Below are positions 51,431 to 64,000 of a stretch of DNA of 64,000 nucleotides, piece by piece (position 1 is the stretch's first letter; each line of letters starts with the position of its first letter). This stretch comes from Chiloscyllium plagiosum (taxonomy: Eukaryota): assembly GCF_004010195.1 (NCBI RefSeq), contig NC_057751.1, positions 10,675,831-10,739,830 on the forward strand. The letters are read 5' to 3'. The position numbers and the translations under genes are program-made. The notes under the pieces were generated by a model that saw nothing but the letters and a program-made list of their open reading frames with translations, was not told the origin of the DNA and made no database searches.

Positions 51431-53440
51431 GTGGCTGGGTTGCACTATTTCAGTGTTTTGTATTGGTGTTTTTGTGAATTTGTTTTTTCTGATAACTCTT
51501 GTCTCTTTGCCCTTTTAAACAGAATTACTGTCTCCTTTCATTATGATTATATATCAGTCTTCTGGAGCTGTATGATTTTTTTTGAGACCCTCTCCAAAGA
51601 AAGGGCGAATCTGTCAACGGGGAGAAAGAAAGGGCTATTCTGTCAATAAAGGAGAATTGATCATGTTTTTGTGCAGCATTCATCACAATGAATTTAATTT
51701 TGACATTCTGAGATGGCAGAGATTGCAAAGGAAGAGTTGCTGTGAACTGCAGCATTTTAGAACCTTTTCCAAGCCAAACATGGAAGTGAAGTCTGTTAAA
51801 AATGCTGTTGTTTGAGCTAGTCTCACTGCAGATAATATCTGAATTGACAGATTTTTCTATGATCAATGAAACTGGTGTTCGTTCAGTTTTTAGATTGGAC
51901 AGGGTATGTCTGACTCTTGTGAAGTTTTTTCTGTTCTGCTGCAGTTCTGCTTTGAACAGTTGGTTACTGTGTTAGTCACGTCGTTGTACATGACCATTTT
52001 ATACTTTCAAAGGTCATTTTTGATATCGGCTTTCAGAAGCCTTGTAAAACATGTCGCAGAATGGAATTCTCTACAGGTCGTAATATTGGTTAACTGTGTC
52101 TTTCAGTTACATTAACATGACAAACTTAGACCTAGGTCTCACACAATGTCTATTTTTATGTGAGTCACAATTTAATTTTCTTATGTGTAGATTCTCTTTC
52201 CTCACAAGTATTCCCATGTGTTTGAAAGGTCTTAGTTCATTAGCAACTGAATTAAGCTCACTCGTATAGTCTGGGGTGAAGAATATCGCCGTTTTATTTT
52301 CCATGCTTTTAAAGACTTGACTACTGCTCCTTATCTTCCCAAACTGTGAGCTTCTGTGCATTTGCATTATGCACAGCCTGCTCATTCATCAACATGTTCA
52401 AGTGGGAGAACCTGTGTTTGTGTCGACACATCACCGTGGGTGTGCCATGTCTCAGCACAGAAAGATGGAGTCTTCATCCTCTCAACTGATCTAGTGTCTC
52501 ATGTGACTGCCGTCTTGCTGGGGTCCTTCACGAGGTCCTGATTCATGACTACTTAGCTTTGGTGTAGGTACAGAAGATCAGGAGGAAGGAAGAGATAGGA
52601 GATTTTTTTTCATGTTGTCCGAATGATAAATGAATTTCATCTGTGTGCATGACAGAGATAATCATTTAGTCACTGATCAGACACGTAACTGCCTTGGTGA
52701 GACGGTCATTTCTTAAATGTGGCTGGAACATTTGCATAACAGCTGCTGATTTGTAAAACCTGAAAATAGCTGCCTTTTCATTTCTAATTAATTTGTGCAC
52801 ATATTGGCTCCCTGTGCTGTCAACACAGAACGGAGCATGGTGTCAGCAAAGAGCTGCTGTTTGTCTATTCTGAACCAAAGTATTGCTTTGCCCTCTGTTT
52901 TCAGGAGTGAAAAGGAGACTGGGTAATAAGTAAAATTGCTCTGAGTTCTTTGAATAAAACCAAATAAAAGGTATTTGGTGTCACACTGACTTTTGATTTG
53001 TATGAGTGAAGGATCTTCAGTGAATAAGAACTGAACATAATGCTTTGTGGTTTTGATGGAGAGTCATGGTAGTTTTGTTATTCACAAGTCTTGAGTAGAG
53101 TAGAGCTTGACTACAAATGCTCTTAGTCTTCTGTTAGTTTCATGAAAGTGGGGACATATGTATCCACCTTCATATTTGGGCAAGCAGGCTGATGTCTGGT
53201 GGGGGAGCTGGTGTCTGAACTGTGTTAGAAACAGTGTTTTGGAGGACTTGAACAGAGTCAACACCCAGCTGCTATGTTAGTCAACCTATCTCTCTCTCTG
53301 GACAGTGTGGAACTATATTTTACCATGCTGCCAATATCTGGCACCTGAGCTAATTACCACTCTGCAGTATAGCCAGTGGAGAGATATCCATTGTGAACTG
53401 TATTGCTACAGCATGGAAATGCAGGGACATTTCCCATGGA

Positions 53441-53752
53441 TAGATTGAGATAGATAAATAGATTCCCTGCAGTGTGGAAACAGGCCCTTTGACCCAACAA
53501 GTCCTCACCGACCCTTCAAAGAGTAACACACCCAGTCCCATTTCCCTCTGACTAATGCACCTAACACTTTGGGCAATTTAGCATGGCCAATTCACCTAAC
53601 CTGCACATCTTTGGACTGTGGGGCGGAAACCGGAGTACCCGGAAAAAACCCACGCAGACACTGGGAGAATGTGCAAACTCCACATAGTCGCCCGAGGCTG
53701 GAATCGAACCTGGGACCCTGGTGCTGTGAGGCAGCAATTGAGCCACCGTGCC
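53441..53752 (-). mobile_element. Essentially full-length HE1 V-SINE
   Basis: Reverse complement starts ggcacggtggctca (A box partly deleted), with B box GGTTCGATTCC at 53700-53710, the V-domain, a CR1-like tail and a short-repeat end. Confidence 0.92.
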
Positions 53753-54299
53753 AGAGTGGAAGCTGCAAAAGAAACTCTGTGTTCAGATCCCTTTGCCCAT
53801 TTCAGGATTCATTTATGAAGTGGAGATGGTGGCATCGTGAACATGTCAGTGGACCAGTAACCCAGAAGACCACACTTGTGGTATATAGGTTCAGATCCCA
53901 CCGCAAAGGCTGGTAGATTTCAAATTCATTTGGAAAGTCTGGAAAATAAAACAAGTAATGGTGACCATGATTGTTGTAAAAATTCTGGCTCACGAATGGC
54001 ATTTATAAAGGAAATCTGCCATCCTTACCGGGTGACTCCGGTGACTCCAGACCCACTGCAATGTCTTTTAATTGCCCTTTAAGGTTGCTTAGCCGGCCAC
54101 TAAAGCCAAAGATGCCCACATCCCATGAAAGTATAATGAAAGCTAAAAAAAATGTCTGAAGAGTGAAGACAGGCCAACAGTTAGGCTTTGAAGTGTATTG
54201 TAGTTATTGTCCACACCACAACCAATTTCTGCACAGTATTCCTTTGCAAGATTACTAAATTGATCAAACTTTTATATCATGTGTTTTTTTTTAATGAAG

Positions 54300-54550
54300 G
54301 AGAAATGTTGGTCAAGGTTCTGTCAATAACACCAGAGGTGCACTCCTTTTCTTGAAGTTTGTAAATTAGCATCTGTACCACCCATTTGGAGGCGAGATGT
54401 GACCATAACTTTGCATCTGGTTGAACAAGTACATCTCCAACAATGTAGCATTCCTTTAATACCACAGTGGAAGTGTTGGCCTCGCCTTTGTTTCTGCAGT
54501 GCAATTTGAATCCAGAGGCCTTCTGACTCCAGCATAAATCTGAGTTGTTG
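54300..54550 (-). mobile_element. Ancient Deu-domain-like SINE
   Basis: Decayed similarity to 27345-27620 (catctccaacaatgtagcattcctttaatacc). Confidence 0.45.
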
Positions 54551-55310
54551 CCTGACAACTTAAAACAAAGTCACTCTGGCCGACCCTTTGCAAAGTGTTC
54601 AGGGGGTGTCTGCGTTCACTTAAATTCAAAAGCTGCTGGGTCTTCCTCTGCTTGGCTGCTCACTGCCTAGTCTCTGGCTCTCTTTGATTAGAACCCAGTT
54701 GCATGGAAATCTTGCCTCTGTGACCACAATCTCCCTGTTTCATGTTCATGGACTAATATGCACAAAATATATATCAGTCCACAAAATGTTTATTTTTCTG
54801 TCAGTGACTGTCTTGGTTCTGGAGTGTTTGGCCCTGTTTTAAAATTGGAATTGTAACTGGTTAAACTGGCCTGTTCAGTGTTGTATTGATGGGTGACTAA
54901 CAAGACTTGGGTTTTGGGATATGATAATTCCTCGTCTTTTGATGGTTGGTTCATTCTGTCATTAACAAAGTGGTATTTAGTTTTTGCAAAGGTATTTGCC
55001 TTTAAGCTGTATTCGTCTGAACAGAACTGCAGTTTAGAAATCTGCACCAAATTTACTGAGTCATTTTATTTGTTTTGCAAAAGGCATTAAATCAAGGTCT
55101 TGTCTATCATTAAGGTGGAAGGTAAAGATTCTAAGAACTATTATCAAGAAGAACTGCTGATATCCCATGTGCTATACATGTTTATTCCTAATAGACATGA
55201 TTAAAAACAGAGAATGTGGTCATTATCATGCTCATGTTTGTGAGGTCTTACTGTGTTTAAAGAGCCTACCAACTCGGCTCTCCCTGTGTCTCTCTATCTC
55301 TGTCTCGATT

Positions 55311-55518
55311 TGGGGATGCTGGTGTTGGACTGGGATGGACAAAGTTAAAAATCACAGTACAACAGGTTATAGTCCAACAGGTTTATTTGGAAGCACTAGC
55401 TTTCCGAGCGCTGCTCCTTCATCAGGTAGTTGTGGAGTAGAAGATCCTAAGGCACAGAATTTATAGCAAAAGTTTACAGTGTGATGTAACTGAAATTATA
55501 TATTGAAAAAGACCTGGA
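55311..55518 (-). mobile_element. PLE-type terminus (third type) with hammerhead motif at ~55394-55429
   Basis: Reverse complement reads CTAC-CTGATGA-A-GGAGC AGC GCTCG-GAAA-GCTA-GTG, with palindromic stem III AGCU and a CUA triplet. Confidence 0.72.
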
Positions 55519-57344
55519 AACAATCGAGTAAGGTGGATCTGAGCAATGTTGCATCAGCTGTGATACTGCTGACGAGCAGAGCAGGATCGAGAGCCCAAAC
55601 GGTCAACTCCAGTTCTTATGGTACGCCACTCTTTGCCTGCACTATAGTTCTCTTAGATGTTCTGTCCCTTCCCCTTCACCAGTCTCCATTCCTCCCTCAA
55701 TTCTCTTCATCTTCCCTCTCTGTTCCCTTCTCTGACTTCCTTATTGTAACAACTCCTACTCTCTTTCCTTTCTGGCTTGTGGTATCAACTATTCTTTCTT
55801 CTCAGCCACCTACCCTCTACCCTCCTCTCTCATGTTCTCTCAAACTTTCTGACCCTGTTACCCCTGGAAAAGCAGGATTGACGTTCCAGAAGCAATTCTC
55901 TCAGGATACAAGAAAATTGAATCTGTTGCCTTCCCAACTGAACGTAGCCAGCTAGAATCTGACTATTGATCCCTGAGTTAGTTGAGTTTGAAAAAGGTGG
56001 AATGCAATATATGAAAATGCAATCTTTGTGAATGACTCTTGCGAATGCAGTGAGTTCTTTTTCTGACTGCGCTGTTTGTGAGTTTTCCGCTTTCTTGTTT
56101 GCTTCTGATGTATCTGCCAAAGTTTTTCTTTAACATCGAGTCCTGATGGATCAATGATATTGGTTCTTGATTTATTTCAGTTGCTGCTTCCACAGTTCCC
56201 TGGTTGAGAAAAGGGTATCGGTGCGCGGCCCACCCTCAGATTCTTCCAGTTTGGTGATTTCCAGTTTTAATGATGTGGTTCTCACTCTTTGTGCCATGTA
56301 TTATGAGTGGCTTTACATTTAATAATTTTTATCAACTTGAGTTTGAATTGTAGATACCTGATTTGGTTGTGTTTAAATCAGGTTAGTACAACATTGTTTG
56401 AACAAGATATTTCTTGAAGTCAAATATAATGTCATAACTGTGTAATTACTGTGGACCTCTTCTTGGGCTTATGACTGTCAGGTTTGGCTTCTGGTTTGAC
56501 AATCGTTCAGATTTTTCAATTCACTGCCAGACTTGGAAAGGAGGAGATCTTTCCAGCTCAGCTCGAGTGCTTTAGAAAGATACATTTATCGTGGGTCCAT
56601 TGTGGTCACTGGAGCCCTGCTCTAGTCTGAACTTTGACTATCGTCCTCGAGAACATCTGGAAGAATCCTTGACACATTTTCACGAGCAAATTTTATTGTC
56701 AACGATCTTCGAATTCAGTGACTGGTGCCTTTCCACATCAGACCAACAGCTTTATCCAACTTGATCATTTTTAGTTTTCAAGAACTAAGACTCATTGGCC
56801 ATCAGTGAAACTGTGAAATGAGAAATCTGTTCTTTTCCCTTTACCTTAAGTATGTGTGTGTGTTTTGAGTTGATTCAAGGGAGAGACATTTATATTTTCT
56901 TAGACAAATCAAGTGAGTAAATCCATTTTGTGTTTTCACTGAATATGTGGTTTAGGTTTGGTTGAAAAAACCTGGTTGATGGGTTTTTTAAAAGTTTAAG
57001 TCTAATATAGAAAATGCGGACGATTGGGCATGTTGTGAACCAGGTGTGAAAATTAAATTCATGTTGTAATCTGTAGAGCAGTGGGACAAAACAAAGATGG
57101 TGCACTCGTTAAATGACATCAAGTCATGACATCAAGATGATGCCTTCTTTCTATCTTACCTCCAGTAGTCCAGAATAGACCATGATCCCTTACTGTTGGG
57201 CGTTGCTCACTTGCTGCCACAATTTGGGGCTTGTGTTCTGTGATTGCCTTTTGCGTGAAAGCCTGACATAAAGACTAAACTGAAAGCTGATTGGAGGTGG
57301 TGGCTTGAATCATTGTTGGAGGTCTTGGCTTTGTTTAGTCCTCA

Positions 57345-58550
57345 GCAATTAGGGTTAAGGAAAATCCAAAGCGATTCTACAAGTGCGTTGAGGACAAGAG
57401 GGTAACTAGGGAGAGAACAGGGTCCTTAAAGATAAACAAGGCCACATATGTGTGGAATTGCAGGAGATGGGGTAGATACTAGATGCATATTTTGTGGAGC
57501 AGGATATGGAGGATACAGAACATGGGAAAATAAATAATGACATCTTGAAAAATGTCCATTTTACAGAGGTGGAGATGCTGGATGTCTTAAAACACATAAA
57601 TGTGGATAAATCCCCCAGAACCTGATCATGTGTACCCTAGAACTCTGTGGGAAGCTGGGGAAGTGACGGCTGGGCCCCTTGCTGAGATATTTATATCAAT
57701 AGTCACAGGTGAGGTGCCCGAAGACTGGAGGTTGGCTGACGTGGTTCCACTATTTAAGAAAGGTGGTAAGGATGAGCCAGAGAACTATAGACCGGTGAGC
57801 CTGATATTGGTGGTGGGCAAGTTGTTGGAGGGAATTCTGAGGGGCAGGATTTACATGGATTTGGAAAGGCAAAGACTGACTCGGGATAGTTAACATGGCT
57901 TTGTGTGTGGGGAATCATGTCTCATTAACATTATTGAGTATTTTGAAAAAGTAACGAAGAGGATTGATGAGGGCAGACTGGTGGATGTGATCTTTATGGA
58001 CTTCAGTAAGGCGTTCAACAAGGTTCCCCAAGGGTGACTGGTTCGCAAGGTTAGATCTCATGGAAGAGTTCAGAAAAGATTTACAAGGATGTTGCCAAGG
58101 TTGGAGGGTTTGAGCAATAGGGAGAGGCTGAATAGTCAGGGGCTGTTTTCTCTGAGATTCGGAGACGGAGGGTGACCTTACAGAGGTTTATAAAAGCATG
58201 AGGGACATGGATAACGTGAAGAACTAAGGTCTTTTTCCCAGGTGGGTGAGTCCAAAACTAGAGGGCATAGATTTAGGGTGAGAGGGAAAAGATTTAAAAG
58301 GGACCGAGAGGGGAACCTCTCCATGCAGAGGGTGGTGTGTGAATGGAATGAGCTGCCAGGGAAAGTGGAGGAGGCTGGTTTAGTGAAAACTTACGAAAGG
58401 CATTTGGATGGGGATATGAGTAGGAAGGGTTTATAGGGATACGGGCCAAATGCTGGCAAATGGGACTACATTTATTTCTGATATCTGGTCGGCATGGATG
58501 AGTTGGACCAAAGGGTCTGTTTCCGTGCTGTTTTTTTCTGTGACTATCTG
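57345..58550 (+). mobile_element. CR1 LINE with a large internal deletion near 58065
   Basis: ORF piece VPEDWRLADVVPLFKKGGKDEPENYRPVSL. The sequence jumps from gttagatctcatggaa to gagttcagaaaagatttacaagg, skipping the RT core present in the 12-13.6 kb copy. Confidence 0.9.
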
Positions 58551-58624
58551 ACTCAGGTTATACTTAGACCATCTGCTTTTAAACACATCCGCCATGTGGA
58601 ACAGATTCTCACAAAGTCCCCTGT

Positions 58625-60390
58625 CTGTGCCTCTCAGAGTTTTGTATACCTAATCAGATCTCCCCTCAGCCTCCTCTGCTCCAGAGAAAAAAAACCTAAC
58701 CTATCTAGTCTGTCCTCATGACTTTCCATCTCTGGCATCATCCTGGCTATACTCTGCACCGTCTCCAGTGCATTCACACCCTTGTAATAGTATTGTGACT
58801 GAAACTGTGGCCTAACAAATGTTTTATCAAATATTAGCAGGATGTCCTTTCTCCTATATTCTGTCTCTTGGTTTATGAAGGCAAACATTGCTTCATCACC
58901 AGCCTGTGGTGAAGTATGCCGTGTTTATTAGCCTATTGTCCTGTGCTGACACCTTCAGGGATCTATGGACTTGTGCACCAAGGTCCCTTTCGTACTTAAT
59001 ACTCCCTTGCCATCTACCTCATTGTGTATATCCTTCCTGCATTAGACATCCTGAAATGCATCATCTCACACTTACCAGGATTACATTTCTTCTGCCACTG
59101 CTCTGCCCAATTTGCCAGCTGATCAATATCAGACTTGCCTCAGACTATCCTCCTCACTATCAGAGACATTGCCAAGTTTTGTCTTATCTGCAAACATTCT
59201 AATTATATTTCATACATTCACATCCAAGTCATTAATGGACGTAAACAGCAAAGGGACCAAGACCAGTTCATATCATACACTGCTGGTCACAGGCTTCGAA
59301 TCACAAAAACAACCTTTCTTTATCACATTTGACCTCCTGTTTGTAAGCCAACTTGCCTTGGATCCGATGGGCTCTTAGCATTTGGTCATGTGAGACTTCA
59401 CTGAAATCTGTGTAAATCACATCAGCTGCAATATCCTCAATAATATATTGAGTCACCTTTGCAAAAAACTGAACAAAATTAGTCAGAAAGGATTTTCCTG
59501 AAACAAATCTGTGCTGACTATCCCTCTCTTTCCAAGTATTGATTAATCCTGTTCTTAAGAATCTTTTCCAATAATTTCTCTACAACTCACATCAGACTAA
59601 TTCATAGTGGGATAGAATCATACAGCAGAAAAGGCCTTTCGGCACTGATTCTGCACCGACATGCTGTTCCTATTTTCCTGCACTTGTCCCACATCCTTGA
59701 ATGTTATGATATTTCAAGTGTTCATCCAAATATTTTTTGAAGGTTTTACGGTTTCTGACCTCCACATCCCAGACAGTGTGTTCCACGTTACCACTCCCCT
59801 CTTGAGTGAAAAATTATTTTCTCAAATCCCTTCTGAATCTGTCTTGTCCCTTAAACTATGTTCCCTCGTGATGGACCCCTTAACCATAAGGAACAGGTGC
59901 TCCCTACTCACCAAATCAGTACTTATCTTCATCTTATAAACTTCAATCATGCCCATAACTCAGCCTTCTCTGCTGTCAAGAAGCCAGTCTAAACCTATCT
60001 ATTCTCTCCTTATAGCTCAGTTGCTTCACCCCATGCAGCATCCTGGTGAATGTCCTCTGCACGCTTCCAGTGCTGTTCCATCCTTTCTGTAGTGAGGTGA
60101 CCAGAACCGCGCAGTTCTCCAGCTATGGCTTAACTTGTCTTCTGTACAACTCAAAAATTACTGCTTTTGTCTATGCCACGATTTGTGAGAACAGGTGTCC
60201 CATATGCCTTCTTAACAATCCTATTCACATGCTCTGCCAACTTCAGCAATCTGTGAATAATTGCCCCAAAAGCCCTGTGTTCTTCTGAGTTTCTCAGTGT
60301 CCTGCAGTTCATTAAATACTCCCTCATTTTGTTGTTTCTTACAAAGTGCATCACCTCACACTTACCAGAGGTAGATACCATCTGCCCAAT
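58625..60390 (-). mobile_element. Two adjacent older CR1 fragments
   Basis: Minus peptides DRLDRLGFFSLEQRRLRGDLI and GKCEVMHF; a second tail starts near 59612. Confidence 0.7.
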
Positions 60391-61151
60391 TTACCCTCGA
60401 GTCACCTGGTACTTGACCTGTGGCCAGCCAAGTTTTATAAGTATATACCAGAGCCCCAGCAATCTCCTCCCGGAGCAGCCTGGGATATAGCTCAGGGGTT
60501 GATGTATAATTCTTATGTATTCATAAGGACTGCTCTGAGCCGTTTTGAATTCTCCATGGTCACCTGGACTGATTGAGTCGTAAAGAAATGTACTGACCCA
60601 CAGATTCTAGATGACTCAATTAAGCAATTGGCGTTATTGGTTGTTAATTGTGCTGCATGGGTAGTCAATTTTTAGTTTCTAAATTGGTTTCTCATTTGTT
60701 CTGTCAGGTGGGATAATGGAAGAATCTGGGATGTTGTCACCTTTTGCCAAAACAGAAACAAGAATTGTGTTATAAAGCAAAGGCTGACCTCTTTTCCCAA
60801 CTCCCCACACCCCATCCCTCCCAACCCCTCACTCTGAGAATTAAAATGGAATCACTCAAAGGGAAGTGCCTGACTCTGCAATCTGTAAAAGGTGTATGAG
60901 AAGGGGTGTATGTAACCTGTTTTCTCAGCCACATCTAATGGTTAAATAAAAGAAATCCCGGACACTCAGTTTACAGTCAACAAATGACAATATATTCATC
61001 TGACTTTAACAGTGAACAAATTAATTAAACTGTTAACAAATCATGTAAATCCCTTCTCTCCTATTCCTGAATAAAACACAAATATAAGCCTCACTTACAT
61101 ATTTTTTTTAAAAAGTTTAGTTTCTCAGAATTATAGCCAGGCGACCATGTC

Positions 61152-61757
61152 ATACAGTCATAGAGATGTACAGCATGGAAACAGACCCTTCGGTCCAACC
61201 TGTCCATGCCGACCAGATTTCCCAACCCAATCTAGTCCCACCTGCCAGCACCTGGCCCATATCCCTCCAAACCATTCCTATTCATATACCCATCCAAATG
61301 CCTCTTAAATGTGGCAATTGTACCAGCCTCCACCACATCCTCTGGCAGCTCATGCCATACACGTACCACCCTCTGCGTGAAAAAGTTGCCCCTTAGGTCT
61401 CTTTTATATCTTTCCCCTCTCACCCTAAACCTATGCCATCTTGTTCTGGATTCCCCCACCCCAGGGAAAAGTCTTTGCATATTTACCCTATCCATGCCCC
61501 TCATAATTTTGTAAACCTCTATAAGGTTACCCCTCAGCCTCTGACACTCCAGGGAAAACAGCCCCAGCCTGTTCAACCTCTCCCTATCGCTCAAATCCTC
61601 CAACCCTGACAACATCCTTGTAAATCTTTTCTGAACCCTTTCAAGTTTCACGATATCTTTCCGATAGGAAGGAGACCAGAATTGCACGCAATATTCCAAC
61701 AGTGGCCTAACCAATGTCCTGTAGAGCCGCAACATGACCTCCCAACTCCTGTAATCA
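61152..61757 (-). mobile_element. Young 5'-truncated CR1 3' end
   Basis: Uninterrupted frame 61232-61735 (LYRTLVRPLLEYCVQFWSP...FFTQRVVRVWHELP). It is closely similar to the reverse complement of ~12970-13570. Confidence 0.93.
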
Positions 61758-63084
61758 ATGTCTTGTGGAACTGTGTCTTCTTTGTTGAATTTGTGTCTGG
61801 AGGGTTCTCTCTGTGACTTCTTCTGTCTGGAATATTAGCTGTGTGCCGCGGTGCCTTTATTAATGAGATGGTGCTTTTTCTAAGAGCTGAGAGTTATTAT
61901 CTCTTAGCAAATGGCAGTTGGCTGCCTCTGGATTTTTCAACTTCCCCTTTCTTTTATTACTTTGATGATGTATCAATATTTTTACAATCATGTTGATCCT
62001 ACGCTGTCAAAACCATCAGATGTAAATTTGACAGCTTTTTGTTATCTAAGGATCTGATTTAAATTGACTGGGTAAATTTAAAAGCTGTTGTCTTGATAAA
62101 ACTGCTGTTTGGTCTTTTGATAGCAAATGTTTCAATTGGAGTGCTCTTGGTGCACCTGCGAAGCCCCCCAAGCTGCCACAAATCCATTTTTTAAAAGTTC
62201 AAAACACAGAATAAAACACCATCTTTTAAAGCAGCCGTGCAATGCTTTCTCCATTTTACAATTTTACATAAACCAACTTTGCAACACTTGTTAAAATGAA
62301 ACTAACCGAGCATAAAAATTGAACATTAAAATCATTTTTCATTTTACGTTTCGTGCCACATGTTCTGGTGAGGGGGTTTGCTCCTTTGGGAGCAGCTGCC
62401 AGATTTCCCCTGCAGTGACAATGGTATTAAGTGTTGAATTCAAATTATCGATATGTGCATGATTTTGAGACCCTGCACTTCTCTCTGTAAAAAGCAACTC
62501 TTTCAACACTTGTTGCAATCGCTTTGCAATTGCTACTTGAATAACACAACTGAAAGCTCAGGATATTTAAAACTGGGATGATTTGAAGCCAGGCTTTGAA
62601 CCTTATCATTGATGAATCTGGAAGAGAATCTGGAGCTTTGGACTGTTTAGTAAGTTGGTTGTCCTGATGGTTTTTCTTTGTCATTAGAAGAAACTTCAGA
62701 TACTCAGGGCTGTATCTTCTTATTTTGGCTAATTATGCCATGCATGAGCTTTTGGAGCGATGGGTACTTGCAGCATTATCACATCTCCTTAACTATCTGT
62801 CCCAGCTTTGTAGTATCCCTTGTGTTCAATCCTATCCCCAACTTACCATGCACCATTGCCAGAAAAACTTGCAACTCTCTGGGAATCCGCAAGATTGGGG
62901 TAAGGTATTGGCAGGTAAAGGGATGCCTGGCAGTGAGAGGCTTTCAAAAGGGCGATAACGAGAGTTTAGGGACAGAATGTTCCTGTTTGAGTGAAGAGCA
63001 AATCTTACATGAATAAGGGATATTAGATTACTGAAGATATTGAGACTCTCGAGAAACAGGAGACGTGCCACTTATTGTTTAAAT

Positions 63085-63700
63085 GAATTATGGGCTCAAG
63101 TCAATTCTTTGAGGAGTATAGGATGTAGGAGTACACTTATGAGGGAAATCAGAAGGGCAAGAAGGAGACATAGGATAGCTTTGACAGATAAGGTTAAAGG
63201 GAATCCAAAGGGATTCTACAAGTTTACTAAGAGTAACAAGGGAGAGAATAGAACCCCCAGTAAATGAATGAGGCCATTTCTATATAGAACCACAGAAGAT
63301 GAATGCAATCATAAGCAAATACTTACATCAGTATGTACTGTGGTGAAAGACGTGAGTTTTACAAGGATATTACTGAAACTGGGGGTTTTGAGCTGTAGAG
63401 AGAGGTTGGGACTTTGTTCCCTGGATCAGAGGAGGCTTGGGGGTGACTTTACAGAGGTTTATAAAATGATAAGGGGCATGGATAGGGTGACTAGCCAAGA
63501 TTTTTTCCCCAGGTTACCAGAGTCCACAACGAGAGGGTATAGATTTAAGGTGAGAGGGCAAAGATTTAAAAGGAACCGAAGGGGCAACGTTTTCACGCAG
63601 AGGGTAGTGCATTGAAATGGGACTATTTCAGCTACAACAATCTGGTCGGCATGGATGGATTGGGTCAAAGGGTCTGTTTCCATGCTGTATGTATCTGTGG
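63085..63700 (+). mobile_element. CR1 fragments joined by internal deletions
   Basis: Peptides DKVKGNPKGFYK and QRRLGGDFTEVYKMIRGMDRV, with tail gggtctgtttccatgctgtat. Confidence 0.8.
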
Positions 63701-64000
63701 CTCTGGAAGTGAAAAATTGGGTCATGTCAGTGTGGAGTTGACCTGCATACCTGCATATATTTACCTCAGACATGGCAGACGAGGGGAAATTGGCATCCAC
63801 TTTGCAGGCAGGGAGGTGTTGCTGGATGGGGTGGTGCAGATATAGGTGCCCCAGGACCAACAGTGGAGGTCACACCGCTAAACCGTGCCAGCTTGTTGGG
63901 AAGTTGCCAACTGGGTGAATGTGCGGTACTATACCAGGAAGGTTAATGATTGCCATGATTCCATTAATATAAGTGATAGCATCTTCTCTCTGATACCTCT

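Larger units (their letters stand above)
747..64000 (+). other. Intron 2 of the CaMKII gene, continuing beyond the window
   Basis: No exon encoding [20 protein letters not shown] was seen by eye, and the content is repeat-rich non-coding DNA. Confidence 0.65.

Noticed and set aside
60911..62268. Possible solo LTR (TG...CA) interrupted by the 61.2-kb CR1
   Set aside because: No matching TSD and no second copy in the window, so it cannot be supported.
747..64000. CaMKII exon 3 or other host exons
   Set aside because: No AG-flanked [20 protein letters not shown]-coding segment was found by eye. A tblastn search would be decisive.

Overview
This is vertebrate DNA, very likely a shark; that is inferred from HE1-type V-SINEs, HER1/CR1-type LINEs and Penelope-like elements (PLEs). 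A CpG-rich 5' end holds the first two coding exons of a CaMKII gene on the + strand (343-407 and 652-746, most similar to CAMK2D). The remaining ~63 kb appears to be one large intron (I found no exon 3), filled with CR1 LINE fragments, HE1 and Deu-type SINEs, a TA-flanked MITE and many PLE pieces. The most notable signal is a set of minimal type-I hammerhead ribozyme motifs (CUGANGA-stem II-GAAA-palindromic stem III) of four sequence types, one of them degraded, carried in PLE termini. These include a ~293-nt retrozyme-like unit in circularly permuted pieces inside a ~1-kb TSD-flanked composite insertion that also carries ~285 bp of foreign DNA. There are also hairpin mini-insertions with target-site duplications (TSDs), a 190-bp-arm palindrome that duplicates host DNA, and a decayed 3.3-kb Neptune-type PLE. 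Old repeat boundaries are approximate and were read by eye.
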